A stretch of 63,128 nt of DNA from an uncultured Lachnospiraceae bacterium (GTDB taxonomy: Bacteria; Bacillota; Clostridia; Lachnospirales; Lachnospiraceae), in contig CATOJW010000019.1 in the NCBI GenBank assembly GCA_951800365.1, positions 1-63,128 of the forward strand, written 5' to 3'. The translations under genes were made by a program, and so were the position numbers. Position 1 is the first letter of the stretch, and each line of letters starts with the position of its first letter. Below are positions 10,871-20,176 of the stretch, in pieces. The notes beneath the pieces were generated by a model. The model was not told the origin of the DNA and did no database searches. It worked only from the letters and a program-made list of their open reading frames with translations.

Positions 10871-11033
10871 TTCTGCCAGAAATACACAGCCAAAATCCGA
10901 AGGAAGGTCTGCACAGGGTCATCATTTCCCGTCGGCACTTAGGCGCTGTGTTTTAGCGCCTTATGTGTCCGCTACGAGGAAATGCTAAGCGCAAGCGGAC
11001 CCGGAGCAGACCTTCCTTCGGATTTTAGCGTCC
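10871..11033 (+). repeat. Type C structured repeat, copy C4 (canonical)
   Basis: aaaatccgaaggaaggtctgc ... gcagaccttccttcggatttt arms; ggcgctgtgttttagcgcc hairpin; ends in TAGCGTCC. Confidence 0.85.
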
Positions 11034-11037
11034 TCTT

Positions 11038-11514
11038 CTATAGAATTACTTCCATTCCTATTTTTTGTGGCTTTAGACCACACGCTTCATAAAATTTTAT
11101 TGCCGATTCATTTAAACTCCATACATTTAAAGTTACATTATAACAGTAATTTTGTTTTGCAAATGCATAGACTGCCTGATATAGACTGCTGCCGATATGC
11201 TGTCCTCTTTGGTTTTCTTCTACACATAAATCATCAATATACAGTGTTTTAATATCAGTTAAAATATTATCGTTCTTATGCTGCTGAAAGATACAAAATG
11301 CATATCCTAAAATATTCTGATTCTCATCTGCTGCCACAAAAATTGGTCGCTGAGCATCACGGATAATCTCTTTTAACTGTTCATCTGTATATTTTTTTGC
11401 TCCATATCGGAATAAATCCGGTCTGCCTTTATGATGAACCAAACAAACCTGCATTAACAAACGATTAATTCCTTCCAAATCTCTTTCTTCTGCTCTTCTG
11501 ATTTCCATTATCAT
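11038..11514 (-). CDS. GNAT family N-acetyltransferase
   Basis: Acetyl-CoA binding motif region (QRGQHIGSSLY), 158 aa. Confidence 0.7.
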   Translation of the reverse strand: MIMEIRRAEERDLEGINRLLMQVCLVHHKGRPDLFRYGAKKYTDEQLKEIIRDAQRPIFVAADENQNILGYAFCIFQQHKNDNILTDIKTLYIDDLCVEENQRGQHIGSSLYQAVYAFAKQNYCYNVTLNVWSLNESAIKFYEACGLKPQKIGMEVIL

Positions 11515-12173
11515 TATTCTCCGTCTATTACTGAAATTGATTCAATCACCGGCTGATTTTCTGTCGGCAGTACTCCATTAAAATCTTGCCCGGTAGCTGT
11601 TGCACAGATATCATCTACTACTTCCATTCCCTCTGTTACATATCCGAATACGGCATATTTTCCGTCTAAATCCGGGCTGTCCTGATGTACAATAAAAAAT
11701 TGACAACTTGCACTGTCCGGCATCATAGAACGTGCCATAGAGATTGCTCCTCTTGTATGCTTTAATGGATTTTCTATTCCATTTTCCGAAAATTCTCCGG
11801 TAATTTTGGTTTCCAATCCGCCATATCCATCTCCCTGCGGATCACCTCCCTGTATCATAAATCCATCTACTACCCGATGAAATGTAAGTCCATTATAAAA
11901 ACCAGACTCCACAAGATTAATAAAATTCGTAACGGTAATCGGTGCACTGTCCGCATCTAACTCCAAACGAATCGTTCCTTTTTCTTTTACAGAAATCTCT
12001 ACATAATGTTTTCCCGTCAAATATACTTCTGTACTTTGCTCTACCTGCAGTTCAGAAGTAGTATTTTCTGCATTTCCTGCTCCACATCCTGTCATCCCTA
12101 TACTAATTACCAAAACAGAAATAAAAAGGAGTCCTATCCCTTTCTTCCTTTTTAATTTTCTTTTTATTCTCAT
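11514..12173 (-). CDS. Cyclophilin-type peptidyl-prolyl cis-trans isomerase, lipoprotein
   Basis: Lipobox ISIGMTGC; HRVVDGFMIQGGDPQGDGYGG cyclophilin signature. Confidence 0.85.
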   Translation of the reverse strand: MRIKRKLKRKKGIGLLFISVLVISIGMTGCGAGNAENTTSELQVEQSTEVYLTGKHYVEISVKEKGTIRLELDADSAPITVTNFINLVESGFYNGLTFHRVVDGFMIQGGDPQGDGYGGLETKITGEFSENGIENPLKHTRGAISMARSMMPDSASCQFFIVHQDSPDLDGKYAVFGYVTEGMEVVDDICATATGQDFNGVLPTENQPVIESISVIDGE

Positions 12174-12210
12174 TACAAATTCTCCTTAACCATTTCATTT
12201 CATTAAGCAT

Positions 12211-12879
12211 TTAATCAAAACATTCTATTTTATCTGTATCCGCTTCCTTTTCATAAATTTGAATCATAGCATCAATTGAATCCACCACACTTACAATATG
12301 ATATTTTAACACAAACAAAGCATCTGCTTCATCTGGATACCTCTGCTTTATCTTTCGAAGAAGCGGAAGTACATACTGTCTGGTTTCTTCAATATATGCC
12401 TTTAACTTTTCCTTCGAAAAAGTTCCCGCCATACAAGAAACATTATGGCAGCGGTCAACCAATTTTGTAATAGCAGCCTCTCTGCTTTCCAAAATCCCAT
12501 TATAATAACGATTCTTGGCAATCTCTTTGGTTTCTCCTTCCATAACCCGAAATGTCATCAATGCTACACTGCGCCGCACAACATCATCCACCGGAAGTTC
12601 TTCTAAACTAATACCGCAATCCTCACAAACATCATGAAGCAGAATCGTTGCAATAATATTATCCTCCCGAATCCCGATACTTAATGCATTGCACGCCATA
12701 GTAAGCGGATGCACAATATAAGGTTCTCCTCCTTTCCGAGTCTGTCCCTCATGCTTGTCCCTTGCAAATGACAATGCCTTTAATGTCTGTGTCATCCCCG
12801 CCCCGGAAGCATAACCACGAATATAAGTATACATCTTCTCTGGATAAAACACGGTTCTTTCCATTTTTATCTCCTCCAT
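12211..12879 (-). CDS. HD domain phosphohydrolase
   Basis: H...HD motif (HPLTMACN...LLHDVCED). Confidence 0.65.
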   Translation of the reverse strand: MEEIKMERTVFYPEKMYTYIRGYASGAGMTQTLKALSFARDKHEGQTRKGGEPYIVHPLTMACNALSIGIREDNIIATILLHDVCEDCGISLEELPVDDVVRRSVALMTFRVMEGETKEIAKNRYYNGILESREAAITKLVDRCHNVSCMAGTFSKEKLKAYIEETRQYVLPLLRKIKQRYPDEADALFVLKYHIVSVVDSIDAMIQIYEKEADTDKIECFD

Positions 12880-13085
12880 TTTATTGTATCAACTGGTTCC
12901 TTCTCTACTCTTCCTGTTTAAAACTCTTCCCTTAACCCATACATAAGTCAAAGTTAAGACGAAAACTGCACGCTTCCCTCTCCATGCCAATACCAGTATA
13001 CACCTAAATAAGAAAAATGTCTTGTATTTATTTCTATAACTTTAATAAATTGGATAATGGAAGGAGAACACCAGAGGACGTCAGA

Positions 13086-13631
13086 GGACGCCAAATTCGA
13101 AAACAGTGAGCAGCCTGCTGTTCCAGTTTCCAAAAAGCAAGAAGTTCTAACTTTTTTCCAAAGTCACTGCAGGCTGCCCACTGTTTTCGAATCTGACTGT
13201 TTCTTGACTCCGAAACAAAAAAGAATGATGTCTAAACTTTACGGAAAACTTGCTCTGTAATAAAATATAACTTCTACTGTTATTCAGCCAACAGCGAGAG
13301 GCGGTTTGCTCCTGTCCTTTGCCAGCGACTTCGGAGAACGGTTAGAAAGTTTTGGGCTTCTGTTCGAAAACTTAGAATTTTTTGCATATCCTGCTTCCAT
13401 GCAGGGTATGCAAAAAAAGGGGCGTGTTTAGCCCGGAGAATAGAGAAGAGGCTGTTTTGTAGCTGGAAAAATTCTTCCTTACACCAATTATGTTTCGGCT
13501 GAAATGAGGGCGAATTGCGCCCCGGTTCGTCCGGTTGGATGAACCGAAATCAGAAGCCCTAGACTTTCTTACCGTTTGGAGCGGAGCAGGCAAAGGACAG
13601 GAGCAAACCGCCTCTGGCGTCCGGTGAAAGC
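13086..13631. repeat. Composite A/B structured repeat locus: core-less B arms (13086-13216), linker, then full A element (13290-13631)
   Basis: B arms ggacgccaaattcgaaaacagtgagcagcctgc / gcaggctgcccactgttttcgaatctg are joined directly with no core. The A element has 26-bp perfect terminal arms and a core with gcatatcctgc..gcagggtatgc and gggcgaattgcgccc hairpins. Confidence 0.85.
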
Positions 13632-13642
13632 ACCCCCTCATC

Positions 13643-14941
13643 CTATAAAATATCAATATATTCCCCTGCCAAAGCCTTGTTCATACTCCGCACAGCACAA
13701 AATTTTCCGCACATCGAACAAGTATCTTCCTGCTCCGGCTTTCGTTCTGCCCGAATCCTCTTTGCCGTTTCCGGATCAATCGCACATTCCCACTGTTTTT
13801 CCCAATCTAATTCCCTCCTTGCCTTTGCCATAGCATCGTCCTGTTCTCTAGCACCTCGAATCCCTTTTGCAATATCCGCCGCATGTGCTGCAATTCTCGA
13901 AGCAATCACTCCCTGTTTTACATCTTCTAAATTTGGCAGTGCCAAATGTTCTGCCGGTGTAACATAACAAAGAAAAGAAGCCCCGCAAGCCGCCGCCATC
14001 GCTCCGCCTATCGCCGCCGTAATATGATCATATCCCGGAGCAATATCCGTTACCAAAGGTCCTAATACATAAAAAGGCGCACCCATACAAATCGTCTGCT
14101 GAATTTTCATATTTGCAGCAATCTGATCCATTGGCATATGTCCCGGTCCTTCTACCATAACCTGTACATCCCTCTCCCACGCCCGTTTTGTCAATTCCCC
14201 CAACTTTACCAATTCTTCTATCTGGCAGACATCCGAAGCATCCGCAAGGCATCCCGGTCGGCAGGCATCACCAAGGGAAATCGTTACATCATATTCCCGG
14301 CAAATCTCTAAAATTTCATCATAATACTGATAAAACGGATTCTCCTCTCCTGTCATGCACATCCATGCAAAAACCAAAGAACCTCCCCGTGAAACCAAAT
14401 TCATCTTTCGTTTATGATTTCGAATCTGCTCTATTGTTTTTCTGGTAATTCCACAGTGCAAAGTGACAAAATCTACTCCGTTTTCCGCATGAAGCCGAAT
14501 CACATCTAAAAAATCTTTTGCACTTAATTCTGCCAAATCTCTTTGATAATGAATTACTGCATCATAAACCGGAACCGTACCTATCATAATCGGACACTCC
14601 GCCGTCAATTTTTTTCGAAACGGCTGTGTATCTCCATGAGAAGACAAATCCATAATCGAATGTGCCCCCATAGAAACCGCTTCCAATACTTTTTTCATCT
14701 CTGTATCATAATCTTTACAATCTCTTGACACACCAAGATTTACATTGATTTTTGTACGAAGCATCGAACCGATTCCCTCTGGTTCTAAACAACTATGATT
14801 TTTATTTGCACAAATCACCACTTTTCCCTCTGCTACAAGCGGCATTAACTCTTCTGCTGTCATTCTTTCCTTTTCGGCAACTATTTTCAACTGCTCCGTT
14901 ACGATTCCTTTCCGTGCTGCTTCCATTTGCGTTGTATACAT
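13643..14941 (-). CDS. thiC: Phosphomethylpyrimidine synthase
   Basis: Full-length ThiC with C-terminal [12 protein letters not shown] cluster motif. Confidence 0.95.
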   Translation of the reverse strand: MYTTQMEAARKGIVTEQLKIVAEKERMTAEELMPLVAEGKVVICANKNHSCLEPEGIGSMLRTKINVNLGVSRDCKDYDTEMKKVLEAVSMGAHSIMDLSSHGDTQPFRKKLTAECPIMIGTVPVYDAVIHYQRDLAELSAKDFLDVIRLHAENGVDFVTLHCGITRKTIEQIRNHKRKMNLVSRGGSLVFAWMCMTGEENPFYQYYDEILEICREYDVTISLGDACRPGCLADASDVCQIEELVKLGELTKRAWERDVQVMVEGPGHMPMDQIAANMKIQQTICMGAPFYVLGPLVTDIAPGYDHITAAIGGAMAAACGASFLCYVTPAEHLALPNLEDVKQGVIASRIAAHAADIAKGIRGAREQDDAMAKARRELDWEKQWECAIDPETAKRIRAERKPEQEDTCSMCGKFCAVRSMNKALAGEYIDIL

Positions 14942-14992
14942 CCCTTTTTCCTCCTGACTCTGCTATTTTTTATAATCTCCTTCACTTACTCT

Positions 14993-15793
14993 CTATTTAC
15001 ACCACATATGATTCAGCGGTCCATTTCCAGCTCCCAGATATATTTCATTCTGCAAAGCCCCATTAATATATTCTTTTGCCATTCTCACACTCTCTTCCAA
15101 ATTGCTTCCTTTTGCCAAATTTGCCGCTATTGCGGAACTCAATGTACACCCCGTTCCATGTGTATTTGAAACCAAATATCGCTTCCCGCTAATCCAAATC
15201 TTTCGATTCTCTTTCTGTTCATAAAGAAAATCATCTGCCTGACCTGCCCCATGTCCTCCTTTCAAAAGCACACTGCACCCATATCTCTGTCCAATTTCAA
15301 CCGCTGCCGCTGCGACTTGCTCTCCTGTTTCTATCTTTTTCCCCAAAAAAATCTCCGCCTCTGGTCTATTTGGCGTCACAAGTCTTGCCATCGGAAACAA
15401 CTTCTCTTCTAAATCCTTCCTGCCATCTTTATCCAAAAGTTCTGTCCCACTAGTAGAAGCCAGCACTGGATCAAAAACAATATTCTTTGCCCGATAATAA
15501 AAAAGACGCTCTGCTATTACATCTATAAAAAACTTTGAACCTATCATCCCAATCTTTACCGCATCCGGCACAATATCCGTAAAAATACTATCTATCTGCC
15601 TTTTTAAAAAATCCTCCGTCACAGTATGTACACCATAAATCCCTGTAGTATTTTGTGCAGTCAGTGCTGTAATCACACTCATCCCATAAGCTCCATGCAT
15701 TGTCATTGTCTTTAAATCCGCCTGAATTCCAGCACCACCCGAACAATCACTTCCTGCGATTGTAAGAACTGCTTTTATTTTCTCCCGTTCCAT
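14993..15793 (-). CDS. thiD: Hydroxymethylpyrimidine/phosphomethylpyrimidine kinase
   Basis: ThiD/PfkB-like (TIAGSDCSGGAGIQADLKT, GTGCTLSSAIAA). Confidence 0.9.
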   Translation of the reverse strand: MEREKIKAVLTIAGSDCSGGAGIQADLKTMTMHGAYGMSVITALTAQNTTGIYGVHTVTEDFLKRQIDSIFTDIVPDAVKIGMIGSKFFIDVIAERLFYYRAKNIVFDPVLASTSGTELLDKDGRKDLEEKLFPMARLVTPNRPEAEIFLGKKIETGEQVAAAAVEIGQRYGCSVLLKGGHGAGQADDFLYEQKENRKIWISGKRYLVSNTHGTGCTLSSAIAANLAKGSNLEESVRMAKEYINGALQNEIYLGAGNGPLNHMWCK

Positions 15794-15823
15794 TTTAATT
15801 ACTTTAAACCTCCCTTCGGATTT

Positions 15824-16492
15824 TTATATTCCTTTTTCCTTTTTAAAAAGTTTCCGACACTTTTGTAAAAGCTGACTTACCCCCTGCTCAATCTCCGCTT
15901 GTGCAAAAATCGCACGAATCATTGCAACCCCGCAAATCCCTGTCCCTTCAAGCTGTCCCATATTTTCCTCCGTAATTCCTCCGATTGCTACAACCGGAAC
16001 AGAAACTGCCTGACAAATCCTGCACAAAGTATCTCTATCAACTGCCTGTGCATCTGCTTTCGATCTTGTAGTAAACACTGCTCCCACTCCAAGATAATCC
16101 GCTCCCTGCCGCTCTGCCAAAACCGCCTGCTCCACCGTCTGCACTGATACACCCAAAATCTTTTCTTTCCCAATCTTCTCTCTCACCAAAGAAGCTGCCA
16201 TATCACTCTGCCCTACATGCACCCCGTCTGCATCCATCCGACAGGCAATCTCCACTTGATCATTAATCAAAAAAGGGACTTTATACTGTCTGCACAATCT
16301 CTGAATCTCTAAAGCCTCTTGATAAATCCCCCCTTTAAAAAAATCCTCCTGAGCCTCCATAAGACTTTTTTCCCGAAGCTGCAGTATCGTAATTCCTCCC
16401 TTTAGCGCCTCTTCCACCTGCCAAGCCAGCGTCTTTCCATTTAACCAACTTCGATCCGTTACGGCATACAACAATAAATCATTGCACTTCAT
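15824..16492 (-). CDS. thiE: Thiamine-phosphate synthase
   Basis: LYAVTDR N-terminus; ThiE fold motifs. Confidence 0.9.
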   Translation of the reverse strand: MKCNDLLLYAVTDRSWLNGKTLAWQVEEALKGGITILQLREKSLMEAQEDFFKGGIYQEALEIQRLCRQYKVPFLINDQVEIACRMDADGVHVGQSDMAASLVREKIGKEKILGVSVQTVEQAVLAERQGADYLGVGAVFTTRSKADAQAVDRDTLCRICQAVSVPVVAIGGITEENMGQLEGTGICGVAMIRAIFAQAEIEQGVSQLLQKCRKLFKKEKGI

Positions 16493-17300
16493 AATTTGCC
16501 CCTTTCTCTAATTCCTCTCCGCTAATTACCCCAATCTCATCAATAATTCGATTTCGATAGGAAATATTTCCATCTCTTGCTTCCATTCGCTTCCATGCCA
16601 ATTCTCCGGCAAGCCCCATCAGACATACCGCTGCTGCACAAGCATCTAACTTTCTTTCTGGATTTGCCGCCAAATAAGCAGTAATTAACCCAGAAAGCTG
16701 ACATCCCGTTCCGGTAATCCGTCCCATCTGCGGACGCCCGTTATAAATTACATAACAACGATTCCCATCCGAAACCAAATCAATCGCCCCTGTACAAACA
16801 ATGATACTCTTTTGCTCCTTTGCAAACGCCTTTAAAAACAAAACCATCTCATCCAAATTTTCTTTCGTTACCGTATCCGCCTGATTTGCATCCACTCCCT
16901 GCGTTGTCTTACTTCCCAATGCCAATGTCTTAATCTCTGAACTATTTCCCCGAATACAATCAAACGGAATCTCCTGCATCAACTTCAATGCTGTATTTGT
17001 ACGAAGCGAGCTTGCTCCCGCCCCCACCGGATCAAGCAAAATACAATGCCCCAGCTCAGCAGCCCGTTTTCCTGCCGCAAACATAGCAGGAATCGTATGC
17101 TGATTCAGCGTCCCAATATTAATATTTAACCCATTGCAAATTTCCGTAATCTCCGCTGCCTCCTGCGGATCATCTGCCATAATCGGACTTGCTTTACAAG
17201 CAAGCAGCACATTTGCCACATCATTTACCGTTACATAATTTGTAATATTATGAATCAACGGTTTCTTTTCTCCCACAGCCTCTAAACATTCTTTCAACAT
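16479..17300 (-). CDS. thiM: Hydroxyethylthiazole kinase
   Basis: PLIHNITNYVTVNDVANVLLA ThiM signature. Confidence 0.9.
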   Translation of the reverse strand: MLKECLEAVGEKKPLIHNITNYVTVNDVANVLLACKASPIMADDPQEAAEITEICNGLNINIGTLNQHTIPAMFAAGKRAAELGHCILLDPVGAGASSLRTNTALKLMQEIPFDCIRGNSSEIKTLALGSKTTQGVDANQADTVTKENLDEMVLFLKAFAKEQKSIIVCTGAIDLVSDGNRCYVIYNGRPQMGRITGTGCQLSGLITAYLAANPERKLDACAAAVCLMGLAGELAWKRMEARDGNISYRNRIIDEIGVISGEELEKGANYEVQ

Positions 17301-17404
17301 TTCAGTTCCTCCTTCTTCTCACTTAGAAACATAAATTTGCCAAATTTTATTCTATTTTAACATACACAACAGTACCCCATTTTCTGGCGTCCTTCCTAAT
17401 TACA

Positions 17405-17545
17405 CACAAAAAATGCAGATACGCCAAAAAAGCATATCTGCATCCTATCTTTGCAAACTATGTCCCTACGTTGGCATTATCCAAATCAGGTTTTAAGGGT
17501 AAAAGCCTCACATGCTTACTCTCAGCCTATTCTAATAAGCTCCCC
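17405..17545 (-). promoter_or_regulatory. TPP (THI-box) riboswitch with intrinsic terminator expression platform upstream of thiMEDC
   Basis: The minus strand reads ggctgagag...acccttaaaacctgatttggataatgccaacgtaggga, which contains the CUGAGA motif and the pyrimidine-sensing helix. It is followed by a gcagatatgc/gcgtatctgc hairpin plus a T-run. Confidence 0.9.
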
Positions 17546-17595
17546 ATATCTTACATTATAACTATTTTATAACAAAAAACAACCCTTTTTTTACA

Positions 17596-19101
17596 CTACT
17601 TTTTTTGCTTCTGCACATCATCTAAAAGCCCCATCTTCAGCTCATAATAATCCGGTGTCATATCCAGATAGTGATTATGCGGATTCTCCAACCGCTGCTC
17701 TTCTTCCCAAATCTCATTTTCTAACTGCATATTTACATAAGCAGCAATTTCCTTCAAACTTTCCTTTGGATAAACACAACTCCCCTCCAAAAAGACAGGA
17801 ACTTGCAGTGTCCTTGCCGTACAATTTTCAAAAAACCGATTTTTCCAGGGTTTAATCGGATCGACATACCGCACCGGTTTCGAGAAATCAATCTCTTCCC
17901 CCTTTTTCGCAATCATATCCGCCACAGCCTTTTTACTTTCATCAAAAATCCGATACACTTCTTTTATTCCCGGATTCGTAATCTTTTCTACATTTTCTGA
18001 TACCTTAATTCTAGGCTCAAATACCCCATTTTCTTCTACTGCAGCAATCTTATAAACCGCTCCAAATACCGGATCCGACTTTGAAGTAATCAAACGTTCT
18101 CCTACTCCAAAACTATCTATTTTTGCCCCCTGATTCAGCAAAGAAGTAATGGTATACTCATCTAAGCTATTTGAAGCTACAATTTTGCAGTCTGTCAGTC
18201 CGGCAGCATCCAAAAGTTTCCTTGCTTTTTTTGAAAGATAAGCCAAATCTCCGCTGTCAATCCGCACACCCTTCAGACGTTTTCCAAGCGGCTCTAACAC
18301 TTCTTTTGCCACACGAATGGCATTTGGAATCCCGCTTCGAATGACATCATACGTATCCACCAATAAAACCGTATTATCTGGATAACACTCGGCATACTTT
18401 TGAAATGCCGTAAATTCATCCCGATAAAACATCACCCAGCTATGCGCCATTGTTCCGCTTACCGGAATATCAAACATCTGTCCGGCAAGCACCGTAGCTG
18501 TTGAGCCTACCCCGCCGATATAAGCGGCTCTTGCACCATATACCGCTGCATCCATATTGTGCGCACGTCTAGCACCAAAATCAGAAACCCCTCTTCCCTG
18601 TGCCGTCTTTACAATCCGTTTCGTCTTCGTTGCAATCAAAGACTGATGATTGATTTGAAGCAAAACCGCCGTTTCAATTAACTGTGCATCAATCAAAGGA
18701 GCAACTACCGTAAGAATCGGCTCATTGGGATACATAATTGTCCCTTCCCGAAAAGCATAAATATCCCCTGTAAACTTAAAATTTTTTAGATAATCTAAAA
18801 ATTCCTCTTCAAAAATCTGCTGTTCTCTTAAATAATCAATATCTTCTTCTGAAAAATGCAAATCTTGAATATACTCAATAATCTGCTGAAGTCCCGCAAA
18901 AATAGCATATCCTGCCCGATCCGGATTTCGGCGGTAAAATACGTCAAATACAACTTTTACCTCTCTGTTTTCGTTATGAAAATAACCATTACTCATTGTC
19001 ATTTCATAAAAATCCATTACCATAGATAAATTTCGTTCGCTGCTCTGCTTCCTGCCCATTGTTTTTTCTCCTCGTTTATCGTTATTAAAACCTTTTTTCA
19101 T
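17596..19101 (-). CDS. pncB: Nicotinate phosphoribosyltransferase
   Basis: NAPRTase family (MDFYEMTMSNGYF; phosphoribosyltransferase core). The true start is possibly the internal ATG near 19023. Confidence 0.85.
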   Translation of the reverse strand: MKKGFNNDKRGEKTMGRKQSSERNLSMVMDFYEMTMSNGYFHNENREVKVVFDVFYRRNPDRAGYAIFAGLQQIIEYIQDLHFSEEDIDYLREQQIFEEEFLDYLKNFKFTGDIYAFREGTIMYPNEPILTVVAPLIDAQLIETAVLLQINHQSLIATKTKRIVKTAQGRGVSDFGARRAHNMDAAVYGARAAYIGGVGSTATVLAGQMFDIPVSGTMAHSWVMFYRDEFTAFQKYAECYPDNTVLLVDTYDVIRSGIPNAIRVAKEVLEPLGKRLKGVRIDSGDLAYLSKKARKLLDAAGLTDCKIVASNSLDEYTITSLLNQGAKIDSFGVGERLITSKSDPVFGAVYKIAAVEENGVFEPRIKVSENVEKITNPGIKEVYRIFDESKKAVADMIAKKGEEIDFSKPVRYVDPIKPWKNRFFENCTARTLQVPVFLEGSCVYPKESLKEIAAYVNMQLENEIWEEEQRLENPHNHYLDMTPDYYELKMGLLDDVQKQKK

Positions 19102-19250
19102 AATGAAAAACGATTTCCTTATTTTTTCCCAGTTTACAGTTTATACTTCTTGAAAAATTCAAGAAATTACAGTTTATACATTTGATTGTTCCAAGCTGTT
19201 TTCTCAACTTGTTCTAGTAACATGGTCTTTCGCTCCTTTCCTTAAAAATA

Positions 19251-19964
19251 TTAGAAATCATTCTCTTTTTCCTTCTCCATTTCTTTTTCCAGTTCTATGC
19301 AAATGTCTTCTTTTACTTTTTTTCGTAGTCCATACAATTTTCCAGAGAAAGAACGGATAATCGAGAGGATATCCTCTGCAAGTTCTTCTGACATTGTTTT
19401 ATCTTCTGTTTCTGTACTTACAACTACGATTTCTGTTTTATGGAAATCACAGATTAGCTGCAAGTAATGAAAACCAAACCGAGTCAGCCTGTCTTTGTAA
19501 TTGATAAAAATACGGGCTATTTTATCCTCTTGGACTAACGTAATCAATTTCGTTAATCCTTTACGGGTATCATTTAAACCACTTCCTACTTCCGATATAA
19601 TTTCTAAATCCTTTGGATTTTGCGTGATTGCAAACCGTGCTATATTTTGTATTTGTCTTTCTAAATCGCCTCTGTTTTTTTGTTTATGCGTAGAAACTCT
19701 TGCATAAATAATATCTTTTCGATTAGTTTCTGTTTCCACATAAAGTTGTTTGTTTTTTAAAAAAGCAATCAGAGAATCTTTCGGAATCAAGCGTCTTTTA
19801 TTCACAAAAATTTCTGAAAGTAAACCATGGATACAATAATTCTGTATTGTTCTTGTACTAACTCCAATCATTTTGGCTACTTCCCCACTTTTGTAATATT
19901 CTTTGGTCAAATCTGTATCCTTTACCATATCGTCACACCAACTTTCATAATGGTATGATATCAC
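19251..19964 (-). mobile_element. IS607-family serine recombinase/transposase (MerR-like HTH + resolvase domain), solo orfA
   Basis: N-terminal MerR-type HTH (EVAKMIGVSTRTIQNY) and catalytic YARVSTHKQ serine-recombinase motif; no tnpB adjacent. Confidence 0.7.
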
Positions 19965-20176
19965 AACTATGAAAGAAAATCAAGTGTTAATTTCTTAAAA
20001 TTCTTTATTATCAGTGGATCTTTCTTTGGATTCCTGCGTCCGGCATGGCAATAGATTTTAGAACAAATGCCCCAAACCATGGTATCTTTACTTTGGCAGA
20101 TATTTTACCAAATTTCTTAATACCATACTTTGAGGCATTCATCCTTTATTTCCTTACTCTTATTTGTAACTTTTGA

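Noticed and set aside
13290-13631. The idea that the abundant structured repeats are vault-RNA-like partners of the MVP homolog
   Set aside because: The idea is appealing, but the repeats are scattered across the whole window next to unrelated housekeeping genes, and they look like a genome-wide family. There is no specific linkage to the MVP cassette other than mini-hairpins in its spacers. I kept them as a separate observation.
13057-13656. Short ORFs (60-143 aa) overlapping the A/B/C repeat copies
   Set aside because: Their reading frames are not conserved between repeat copies, they are start- and stop-inconsistent, and they cross stem-loop arms. These are non-coding structured elements. 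The same applies to overlaps at 33367-33745, 43510-43972, 47192-47548, 53238-53627, 54008-54317, 55788-56356, 59239-59497, 60049-60372 and 62844-63065.
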